DNA from: Octopus bimaculoides
Lineage: Eukaryota
DNA: 33,125 nucleotides
Reading direction: 5' to 3'
Assembly (NCBI RefSeq): GCF_001194135.2
Contig: NC_068983.1
Location: forward strand, 90,606,265-90,639,389
The translations under genes were made by a program, and so were the position numbers. This document shows, in pieces, positions 1 through 10,454 of this stretch (positions within the stretch are counted from its first letter, which is position 1; each line of letters starts with the position of its first letter). Under the pieces are notes generated by a model. It had not been told where the DNA came from. It was given only the letters and a program-made list of their open reading frames with translations, and did not search any database.

Positions 1-180
1 ATATATATATATATACGATGGACTTCTTTCAGTTTCCATCTACCAAATCCACTCACAAGGCTTTGGTTAGCCCGAGGCTATAGTAGAAGACACTTACCCA
101 AAGTGTCATGCAGTGGCACTGAACCTGGAACAACTTGATTGGGAAGCAAACTTCTTAGCACACAGCCATACCTGCACCTA
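1..180 (-). mobile_element. tRNA-derived SINE (Octopus-type family 1 head) with (TA)n tail
   Basis: Reverse complement reads ggtatggctgtgtgctaagaagtttgcttccc...ggttcagtgccactg...ttgggtaagtgtcttctactatagcc...gtggatttggtagatggaaactgaaagaag. The same head recurs at 9808, 13150-13310 and 15961. Confidence 0.8.
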
Positions 181-182
181 GT

Positions 183-3100
183 TTATCCCATTTTATAACT
201 ATGAAGATTAAGCGAGTTATGCGCGTATTTCTGTGTGTATTTGGTGGGGAGGAGGGTAGCTGGTGGAAATAGAGGTAGGAATGGTAGTTATAATGGGATA
301 GAGGTGTGTGTGTGGTGGTGTTGCTATTCATTCAGCAGATGTTAAGGATGGGTGGTACATTCTTTGATTTCATTTACGGCATGACTATCTTCAATAAATT
401 CTGAAGACAACAGCTCATTTGATACTGCTAATATCTATCAGTTGTTGGTGTTTATTGACTGAATTGATAAATGATACTTTCTTATAATGACCTTATCATT
501 GTTTCTGGTGGTATAGTATATAGCATCTTAAATATTGGTTTGTTTGTTTATTTGTTTGGGTTCCTTCCCTGTTCTATACTTTGTTATTTTGTTTCAAAAT
601 ATTTTTTTCAAATTTCAGAAATGATGTTTTTTTTCATATGTTTACATGATATGATCACCTAAGAGTGTTTCTTTATCATGTTTTCCCTGGTTTTCCCAGG
701 GTTTCTTCTTGGCATAGGTTGCATACCCATGATGTTCCATTAAATGGTGCAGCATTTTTCATAGTGGGTCGTATGTTCCACTCCATTCTGTTTGAGTCTG
801 CAGACAAGGTTCAGTAGAGCTGTGGAATGTCTTTTATTTATATTGGGTCATCCATAAATAATGTGGTTTTTGCATGAACTAAAAGTCAGAGGGGGACGGG
901 ATAAACTACCTGCATCAATTTGCTATAAAAGCTGGTAGTAATTTTACCTTCTTAGTGCAAGTTTTGAAGAGTGCAGTTTGGTTTTAATAGTTATTTTTTC
1001 AAAGCTATAATGGAAGTGACAAAGGAGCACATTTTACTTTATGAGTTCAATAAAGGCAACAATGCAACAGAAAGTGAGAGGAATATTAGTGCAGTATATG
1101 GGGATAGGACAATAAGCACAAACCAGTGTCAATGGTGGTTCCAGAAATTCCGAGCTGGAAACTACAGCCTAGAAGATGAGCCTTATCCTGGAAGATTTGT
1201 AGAATTTGACGTGGATGTCCTGCATACCCTGGTGGAACAAAATCTTATCATAACTGTTGAGGAACTAGCAGAGAAGCTTGGATTTGGCCATTCAACTATT
1301 CATTGACACCTGTGTGCCATTGGAAAAGGCAGCAAATTGGGTTGATGGGTTCCGCATAAACTTTCTTGAGTCTAATCACATGCAGAGAGTGAATGTGTGC
1401 TCTTCTTTGCTATCATGTCTCACGAATGAACTTTTTTTTTGGATAAATGGGCTCTCTATAAAAATGTCAAGAACCAAGGACAGTGGGTAGGGAAAGGAGA
1501 AACACCAGCACCCCAGTCTAAAGAAGATCTTCACCCAATGTAAGGTGCTGTTATCTGTTTGGTGGGATACGAAAGGTTTAGTTCATTTTGAACTTTGAAA
1601 CCCAAACCAAACAATAACAAAGGAGATCTACTGTGATCAGCTTGAGTGGCCTAAGTCAGTGTGAGAAGAAAAATGACCATCTTTGATTTCAAGATGAAAG
1701 GTGTTCTTCAATTAGGATAAAGCTCAGCTACATACAGCGAGGATGACATTCCAAAGGCTGGACCAGTTTGAATGGGAAATGATACCTCACCCAAGATTTT
1801 CGCCAGACATTGCCCCATCTGATTATCATTTATTCCATTCAAAATCATTTGAATGTAAAAAATATGAATTCTCTAGACATCAGAACAGTACTGGTGGAGT
1901 ATTTTTTGTCACAGACAAGTGAATTTTAGAACAGGGGCCTTGGAAGTATACCAGATAGAAGGACGAGCATTGTAGGAAATCAAGGAGAGTATATTTTAGA
2001 TTAAAAAAGAACTTTGTTTATCTTCATTTGGAAAAATAAAAGAAATATAAAAAAGCCGTATTATTTATGGGATAACCCAGTACTTGAAATTGATGAGAGA
2101 TGGTTATGGAGACGATTTTTCATAGTGTCTCCGGTGTCACCAATGTACGTGTATTTCTGTGTACATGTATCCACCTCATATTTTACACTACACTCCTTAT
2201 CATGCAGTTGTTATTAAATCTGCTTTCCTCGTTACGTATTCAGTTGCATATAATATTGTTTTTTTCCGTTCTTTTGATGGAGTTACTATTGGTGGACCTC
2301 TTTCTTTTTTCCTCCTATAATTGTGTACTCATTTTCCTTATGCATGGATTGCACCTTTAATTGTGTGATGTTGTTTGGATCTGTTTTTGCTATTGGTGAG
2401 CTTTTATTACCCTTAATTGCAACCATTCCATTGCTGTATACAGTGTTATTAGCTGCAGTTGCTTTGTATTTCCCCTCTAGTTTTATTCTATTTAGTTTTG
2501 TGTTATTCAGTTTGTATATGTGAGAGGTCACATATACTAGTTTTACATTGTCTTTTGATGATTTTGTGGTATCTGGAAGATCCTGGGAAGTTTCTATCTA
2601 ATGCTGCAAAGAATCCCTGGCTTATTTTGGATTTTGCTTGTGAATTGAAGATCAGGTTAAACCAAATAATTTCATCAATTATTTTTCCATTTCTTTTGAT
2701 AGATCTATTGGGTTTGTTAGTGTATTCTACTGCTTTGTTATCATCATTATTACTATCGGTGTTTAATGGTGTACTTCTTTCTGATTTTGGCTGTAGTTTC
2801 AAGGGTTCTGTTTTATATCTATTGCTTTTAGTGTTTATGGTTTTTTCCCCCTTTTGATCCCTAATATATTCACTATTTTCTAGGTTTTGGTTTCTGCAGC
2901 TATTAATATGATTATCCTGACTATTAATAATGTCCTGTGTGTATTGTGCCTTCTCTTTTTTATTCTGTATATATCCTATTTTATCCTTATATCCCACTAT
3001 AGCTAGTGCTGAGTTGTAATATTCAGTGTGCATATTGAATATCTGTGGATAGTTTGGATATTATCCATGCTTCTTGGGATGCAATGCAGTATATGTTCTG

Positions 3101-3822
3101 GGTGGTTGGATCCTCGGCTCACATATTTTAAGTTCTCATTCGGCTTATGGAACAGTTTGAACTTACCATCAATTGGGCTAAGCTTTATGTCTAGGAATTT
3201 TAGTTTCCTTTGGTGTTTGTTGAGTTTCTTAGGGTCCTTCTTAAATTTGATGTTTTTAATTATATTAAAAAGTTCATCCACGAATGGTGCTAAAGTCCTG
3301 TTTGGTGGTGGATTGTTGAGTGATTTGAATTTTTTCTTCAGTTCTTCGTGCAATTCCGTGTTCTTACATTTGGTCTCATTTTTTCCTGTCAAAGAAATGT
3401 AACTTCCATCTCAACCTGTTAATGAGTACACTAAAGAATTCTATCATCTTCCTCAGGTACTACCTTCTGCTTGGTATAGGGATATCCTTTAGTGATACAA
3501 CCAAGTTTATTTTTTCCATCCTGGATTGTTTGCTTAAAGCAATTCATATTCCCATATAGATCGTACAGGTCTGATATATCTTTTAAATTTGTTTATGGAA
3601 AACATTTTGAATATGCAAATAAAACTCCTATTCTATTATGCCAGCCACTTTCTAATGAAGCTGACTGGTGAACCAGTTTCTCGGGGTTGCATCAAGCTGT
3701 ACTGATAAATATAATAATGACAATAATCTTTGGAAGGAATTTATAAACATTTAATGCATCGTTACATGCATTTCCACAAACCACATGTCTCTTTAGATCA
3801 TAGTCCATATTCCTGGGATTCC
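183..3822 (-). mobile_element. Penelope-like element 1 (decayed, RT core deleted, GIY-YIG endonuclease, nested mariner)
   Basis: Minus-strand motifs: FKSLNNPPPNRTLAPFVDELFNIIKNIKF; KFLDIKL...FHKPNENLKYVSRGSNHP; IIWFN...GFFAALDRNFP; YTYIGDTGDTMKNRLHNHLSS (GIY-YIG); C-terminal AAPFNG and SCKHMKK remnants near 610-760. These are characteristic Penelope-like ORF motifs. Confidence 0.85.
841..2082 (+). mobile_element. Mariner transposon, family A copy a (full length, inactivated)
   Basis: TA duplications at 841-842 and 2081-2082. TIRs ttgggtcatccataaataatgtggttttt and aaaaagccgtattatttatgggataacccag. Transposase remnants LLYEFNKGNNATE, WVPH and FSPDIAPSDYHLF, with stops and frameshifts. Confidence 0.95.
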
Positions 3823-3835
3823 TCAGGTAATATAG

Positions 3836-4110
3836 CTCCTCCCCACCAAATACACACAGAAATACACACATAACTAGCTTAACCTTCATACTTATAAAAT
3901 GGAATAATCATCCCTCTGTTGTACATCCATTAATGTAATATCGCCTGAAGAAATGAATCCATGAAGATGATCAACCCGATACCCATGGAGACTATGGACT
4001 GCACTGTAATCATCCCAGGAATATGGACTGTGATCTTAAGTGATATGTGGTTTGTGAAAATGTGTGTAGTGATGCATTAAATATTTATAAGGATTATTGT
4101 TATTATTATT
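3836..4110 (+). repeat. Inverted terminal segment (pLTR-like) of Penelope-like element 1
   Basis: 3836-3907 is the reverse complement of 183-254 (~6 mismatches). 4012-4110 is the reverse complement of ~3712-3819. Confidence 0.75.
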
Positions 4111-4112
<2 letters not shown>

Positions 4113-4165
<53 letters not shown>

Positions 4166-4197
4166 GATATATTGTATGAATGAGGACAGCTGCATAC

Positions 4198-4233
<36 letters not shown>
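4113..4233. repeat. (CA)n and (TG)n microsatellites
   Basis: Seen directly at 4113-4159 and 4203-4233. Confidence 0.95.
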
Positions 4234-4238
<5 letters not shown>

Positions 4239-4960
4239 AGGACAGCTGCATAAAAAAGTGTCGATCACTGAAAGTAGATGATACCCATGGAAGAGGGGCA
4301 CCCAGGAAAATGTAGGATGAAGTGGTAAGGACCAATCTCAGGATGTTCAGTCTCATGGAGGAAATGATAATGGACCAAGATATCTGGCAACATGTATTTC
4401 CTTTGTGGCAGCGCATCTGTTTCTCTCTTCATTCCTGATCTCTCTCTCTCTCTCTCTCTCTCCAGCCAGGTAATCTTGTACCTCTTCTACAGCAAGACAC
4501 CTGTTTNNNNNNNNNNTCTCTCTCTCCAGCCAGGTAATCTTGTACCTCTTCTACAGCAAGACACCTGTTTCTGTCTCTCTGTCTCACTATAACCTTTCAT
4601 CATCCAACACAAGAACACCTCCTCCAATGCTCCCTCCTCTCTCAAAAAAGTTTTTTTTGTCTTGCAAGTACTTGGTGACCCTGTCAGTGCAGGTGCCACT
4701 CAGAAGCACTCAGTCCACACTGTAAAGTGGTTGGCATTTGGAAGGGCATCTAGCTGTAAAAACTTTGCCAAAACTGACCTCGTCTGTGTTTGTGCCACGT
4801 AAAAAGTACTAAGCCCACTCTGCTGAGTGGTTGGTGTTAGGAAGGACATCCAACTGTAAAAACCCTGCCAAAACAGTTACAGCAGTCTTGTGCAGGCTTC
4901 TGTCATTCCACCCATGCCAGCATCGAAGGCAGATGTTAAATGATGCTGATGATGATGATG
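4177..4960 (+). mobile_element. RTE-type LINE 3' fragment (ORF C-terminus and 3' UTR with (GAT)n tail), interrupted by SSRs and a gap
   Basis: Translates KKCRSLKVDDTHGRGAPRKM*DEVVRTNLR. The 3' UTR motif gtggttggtgttaggaaggacatccaactgtaaaaacc and the gatgatgat tail are shared with the LINE at 28700-30717. Confidence 0.8.
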
Positions 4961-5856
4961 ATATTAGACAAGATGGACCACACCTTGTCGATAAATTCCA
5001 TTTGCAGCACAGTTTCTACTGCTGGATGTCCCTCTTAACATCAGCCATTTTACAGAATATACTTGATGCATTTTGTGGGACCTCTGATTGGTAGGATACC
5101 TTTTCCTCAACAGGACTGAGGACTCTTCTACCCTATGCTGCCAGCTACTTTATAGTATGTACTAAGCACATGGCACCAACATCATCTGATTCCTTTTATA
5201 TTCATTTTTTTTTCAGCTTATCTGTGCTCATAGAGAGAAAGCAACTGAATAGAATCATTAGTTGGTGTGCAATTATTATTGTATACATATGTATGTAATA
5301 ATTAGGGATGGTGGAAACTGTCTAAAATTATTGTAGTTAGATATATCTTGCAGTTGGTTTGGCACCAGACAGCTATGATTAAAGGTCTGATCAATGCATA
5401 CCAGCACAGAGAAGCAAAATAATAAGGTTGATGAATAAAAAGAGAAACTGAAATACCATTGCATTATTTTCTATCATATTAAGTACAGTTCAGTGGCAAG
5501 TAATGGTAAATCCACTATTCCTATAAAACAGTAAAGTCTCTGGGATCTGGAGAAATTGTAGACAACAGCAGTTAGTCCATAACTGAGTTTGATATGTTCA
5601 GTTGCATCAAAAAGTAAGTATAGCATTCTGAGCTTTTCTCTTCATCTGAGAGTGATTTTGTAATAATGTTGATGATTATTGATGTTAATATGAACCCTTA
5701 ACTTACAATAGCCTCAAAATGTAACCTACAGTTCTCTGGTCATCATCAAATACATTGCAAAAACTTACTTGATGCATAGGGAGAAGTGAGATGAAGAAAA
5801 GCAAAAAAAGAAAGATGACAGAAAGAACGATGGTGACAACAATAAAGGAAAAATTT

Positions 5857-5885
5857 ATGATGATGATGATGATGATGATGATGGT
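5857..5885. repeat. (ATG)n microsatellite
   Basis: Seen directly; it produces the spurious poly-Met ORF 5791-5976. Confidence 0.9.
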
Positions 5886-5968
5886 GATAATGATGACAAT
5901 GACAAGGCTGCTGCTACAAGCACAGTTAATAATAACATGTAGTAAAAAAAATCTATTGTCTTTTTCAG

Positions 5969-6075
5969 GGACATAGTGAAGAGATTATTTCTATTGCATT
6001 CAACTGCACAGGTACACAACTAATCACTGGATCATTTGACCATACAGTAACTCTTTGGGATGTTAACAGTGGCAG
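5969..6075 (+). CDS. DAW1: Internal coding exon of dynein assembly factor with WD repeats 1 (WDR69/ODA16 orthologue)
   Basis: Acceptor tttttcag at 5961-5968, donor gtaagt at 6076. Translates [35 protein letters not shown]+AG (107 bp, phase 0 to 2). Closely matches human DAW1 as recalled ([36 protein letters not shown]). Too short for the ORF track. Confidence 0.93.
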
Positions 6076-6638
6076 GTAAGTTACTCCTACACAAGCTTAT
6101 TTTCATGATGAAGCCATGCGAACTCAATGCAAGTGCCAAAAGTGACTGAAACCAATTTCTTTCAAGCTTTGCATACTAAATGGCCTTCATATGAAACTCT
6201 TAAACATGAAATATTTTTTTACCTGACTCTAATATCTGCTGAGTTATGACCATTTGAAATTTTCAAAAAAGAAGTGTCATTTTTACAGTTACTCAATTAC
6301 TTTGAGAAGTCATATCTCAGCTACTAGTTGAGCTATAAAACTCTTTTTTTTTTCATTTTAAAGCATTTAAATAGATCTACAACATATGTTTAGTGTATTT
6401 TTTCCTTATGAAAAAAAAAGTTGACCTAAAATTTGACCTTTGACTTTCACAAGTCAAAAGACGCGGTCATCAATTTTTTCGAAATTTTGTCAAAATATTG
6501 CCCTACTTAGTTACAACTCACATACAAAAATTCATGCTGGGATCTCAGTGAAAACTGTAGTTATAAGGTCTATTAACTATGGTTCATGTTATACAGCCTA
6601 ATTAAATTACTTAATTCTTATTTTTTTCAAAGTAGATA

Positions 6639-8116
6639 TATTAGATCAGCCAATAAATATACTTCTTTCATTTTTCAATTAAAATAAACAAAGTTCTTTT
6701 TTAATCTAAAAATACTCTCCTTCATTTTCTACAATGCTTTTTCATCAATCTGGTAGACTTCCAAGACCCTCTTTCAAAATTCACTTGTCCGTGAAAAATA
6801 CTCCTCTAGTACTGTTCTGACCTCATCTACAGAATTCATATTTTTTTCATCCAAATGCTTTTGAAGACTGCAGAATAAATGATAATCAGATGGGGCAATG
6901 TCCGGCGAATATGGTGGGAGGGGCATCATTTCCCATTCAAACTGGTCCAGCCTTTGGAATGTCATCCTCACTGTATATGGCCAAGCATTATCCTAATTGA
7001 AGAACACTTTTTCTCTTGAAACCAAAGATGGTTGTTTTTTTTTTCTCACATTAACTTAATGCAGTATATGGGTATTGGACAATAAGCGTAAGCCTGTTTC
7101 AACAGTGGTTCCAGTAATTCCAAACTGGAAAACTACAGCCTAGAAGATGAAGCTTATCCTGGAAGATTTGTAGAAATCAACGAGGACGTCCTGCAAACCC
7201 TGGTGGAAAAAAATCCCATCGTAACTGTTGAGGAACTAGCAGAGAAGCTACTGCTCAAGCTGCTCACAGTAGATTTCCTTTGTTATTATTTGGTTTGGAT
7301 TTCAAAGTTCAAAGTGGACTAAACCTTTCATGTTCCACCAAACAGATAACAACACCTTACATGGGTGAAGACTTTCTTTAGCCTGGGGTGTTGGTGTTTC
7401 TCTTTTCCCTACCCACTCTCTTCAACACTTGACATTTTTATAGAGAACCCATTTCCTGTCACCAGTTACTACTATTCGGTCCCAAAAAGGTTCATTAAGT
7501 TCATTCATGAGATGTGACAGCAAAGAAGAGCACACATTCACTCTCTGTGCATGATTAGACTTGGAAAGTTTGTGAGGAACACATCGACCCAATTTGCTGA
7601 CTTTTCTGATGGCATGCAAGTATTGATGAATGGTTGAATGATCAAAACCAAGCTTCTCTGCTAGTTCCTCAACAGTTACGATGGGATTTTTTTCCACCAG
7701 GATTTGCAGGACATCCGCGTTGATTTCTACAAATCTTCCAGGACAAGGTTCGTCTTCTAGGCTGTAGTTTCCAGTTTGGAATTTCTGGAACCACTGTTGA
7801 AACAGGCTTATGCTTATTGTCCAATCCCCATATACTGCATTAATATTCCTCACACTTTCTGTTGCGTTGTTGCCTTTATTGAACTCATAAAGCAAAATAT
7901 ACTGAATGTACTCCTTTGTCACTTCCGTTATAGCTTTGAAAAAAATAACTGTTAAAATCGAACTGCACTCTTCAAAACTTGCACTAAGAATAAGTACAAG
8001 GTAAAATTACTATTAGCTTTCATAACAAGTTGATGCAGGTAGTTTATCCCATCCCCACTCCAATTTTTAGTTCATGCAATTGAAAAAACTGCATTATTTA
8101 TGGGATGACCATTTTA
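6639..8116 (-). mobile_element. Mariner transposon, family A copy b, with an internal inverted duplication
   Basis: Minus-strand ORFs 7422-7922 (LLYEFNKGNNATE...CVPHKL...VVTGDRKWVLY) and 6774-6971 (PPYSPDIAPSDYHLF). 5' TIR at ~8087-8112 and a degraded 3' TIR at ~6641-6660. Nested inside the Sola2 element. Confidence 0.92.
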
Positions 8117-8133
8117 GTAATTTCTGGTTACAG

Positions 8134-10454
8134 ATGGATGTAAAAGAAAGATTTTTAGCTGAGCAAGAAAAGTGTTGTGACCCATTTAAAAAGCATAAAG
8201 CACCCGTGAAAAAGGGTTTAAGAACAATAACAGCAGATTTTGCAACAAAATATCCTAAAGCAAGCCTAATTCCTGGACAAAAAATATGTGACTCTTGCAG
8301 AAAAACTTTGCCCACATTTCAAGTTGAACTATCATCAGAAGATATGAGAGATGATACATCAACTACCACTGAAGTGACTTCATCATCAACAGATGTCTTC
8401 ATAGAAGAAAATGCAGAATTAGATATCCTCAACAATGCTCTGTCTGAAATTGGAGAATCTCCAATAAAAAAAAAAACTAAAGATAGATACTACCTTCATG
8501 TATGCTGAGAAAAAAAGAAAAGAAATCGAAAATACTTTTGGTCAAAAGATGTAAATGATTTCCCCTAGAAGGGAAGTTGGAATCATCACCCTGAAATTGA
8601 AATAATCAAACAGTTAAAAGAAAAATTTCCAACAGAAAAAAAGATTAAAAAAAAACTGCAAGTTTTAACAATTCTGCCAAAAATTGGTCTCTGAGAAAAC
8701 TCCATAAGGAATTTGATGTGCCTGATTACATGGCTAGACAAGCTAAAAGGCAGGTCAATGGCCAAGGGATTTTATTACATCTTAGCCATAGAAAAAGTAC
8801 ATTTCCTCAAAAAAACTGCCAATTGTGTTTCTCAGTTTCATAAAAATGAAGTAAGCAGAGTTATGCCAGGAAAAAAGGATTATAAATCAGTAACAAAAGA
8901 TGGCAAAAGAGTCCATGAGAGAAAGTACTGCCATACTTTGTAACTTCAAGGAAGCCTTCCAATTGTTTAAATCAAAAACATGCTGAAATCAAAATGAATT
9001 TCTCAAAATTTGCAGAGACAAGGCCAGAAGAATGCATACTTGCAGGTAGTGCTGTTACACATAATGTATGTGTATGCACCATTCATCAGAATGTCAAACT
9101 AATGATTTCTGGCATGAAACTATTTGATTTAACCAAGGAAATGAAGTTTCACTTGATTGATTATAAACAATGTTTGGAATCAATTACTTCTAACCCAACA
9201 ACAAACAGCTGCTACATGGATAACTGTACAAATTCTAATTCTTTGCTAGAAGAGCTTGGAAAATTGTTATATGAAATGTTTAATGTGAATATGATTGATG
9301 AAGTACAGTATAAGCAATGGCTAACAACAGACAGAACAATCCCAAAAATATATATCAAAATCAACAGATGATTTTGTTGAAATTTTCTGTCAAAAGCTTA
9401 AAGCACTTAAAGTACATGATTTCATTGCAGAAGAACAATCTAAATTTTGTACTTCAAGAAAAGGATATTTAAGTGAAGGAGAAATGTTAATCATAGCAGG
9501 TTTTTCAGAGAGTTATTCATTCATCTTGCAAGATGGAGTACAAGGATTTCATTGGAACAATGCCCAAGCCTCTATCCATCTGTTTGTCTGTTATTGTAAA
9601 CTAAACAATAATGTGACTAACATCAGTGTTGTTGCTATATCTGATTGTATGAAGCATGATACAGTAGCAATCCATCTCTTCCAAAAAATAGCTGATAGAT
9701 TTTCTTAGAGGCAAAGCCTTTAATATCAACAAAATTATCTATTTTTCAGATGATGATGCTCCACAATATAAAAATTGTAAGAATTTTATAAATTTATGCT
9801 ACCATATAGGTGCATGAGTGGTTGTGTGGTAAGTAGCTTGCTTACCAACCACATGATTCCAGGTTCAGTCTCACTGCGTTGCACCTTGGGAAAGTGTCTT
9901 CTACTCTAGCCTCGAGCCAACCAAAGCCTTGTGAGTGGATTTGGTAGACGGAAATTGAAAGAAGCCTGTTGTATATGAATACGTATGTGTGTGTGAGTGT
10001 GAGTGTGTCCTCAAATGATGAAATACAGAATGAGAAAAATCTATTGAGAGAGAGATTTAGAAATGCAAGGATAATTCCAGGGACACAAAAATTGCATTGC
10101 TTTATCCCAAACTTACCTTCAGAAATGATATCTACAATAGATAATTATACTAAAATTAGAATCTCCATACAAGCGACTATTCAATTTGGGGATATAAAAG
10201 AGTTTGAAGCTGCAATTTATGGTGGTGACTGGTGGTCTGTGTTCTAGAAACATACCCAGAAACTATGCAAGTAAAACTCACCTTTCTTATCATCATTTCA
10301 GTATCCTAGAAAGTCAGATGTTTTAACAGTGGGTTATTTAGACATGCTTTGTAAATTTGACCCCAGAACTGCTACAGGAAGAACATATACCTTGACAGAA
10401 AAAGAAATGAAAAATGCATCACAATTATTAATTTCAAGAAAATTGTCTCATTAA
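8134..10454 (+). pseudogene. Sola2-like transposase pseudogene
   Basis: Frameshifted segments include CCDPFKKH...KICDSC, SRVMPGKKDY, FSKFAETRP...HNVCVCTIHQN, QYKQW, GFSESYSFILQDGVQGFHWNNAQ (DFSENY-type motif), KHDTVAIHLFQ, IYFSDDDAPQYKN and IPGTQKLHCFIP. These match the Sola2 motif pattern as recalled. Confidence 0.75.
9808..10008 (+). mobile_element. tRNA-derived SINE (family 1 head) inserted in the Sola2 transposase
   Basis: gagtggttgtgtggtaagtagcttgcttacc...ccaggttcagtctcactgcg...gaaagaagcc followed by a (TG)-rich tail; homologous to 15-180. Confidence 0.85.

Noticed and set aside
364-407. TTGAAGA...GAAA and a tcttca/tgaaga palindrome in the Penelope 3' UTR as a hammerhead
   Set aside because: No convincing stem II, stem III or cleavage triplet could be drawn.
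3938-3985. CTGAAGA-A-ATG(aatc)CAT-GAAG as a hammerhead
   Set aside because: A15.1 is missing and the stem III/stem I register is wrong, so it is too degenerate to call.
4452-4570. Exact ~54-bp direct repeat on either side of a 10-N gap
   Set aside because: This is the typical unmerged contig overlap at a scaffold gap, so an assembly artefact rather than biology.
5791-5976. ORF with a poly-Met run abutting the DAW1 exon
   Set aside because: It is produced by an (ATG)n microsatellite, reads through the acceptor in a different frame from the exon, and has no protein similarity.
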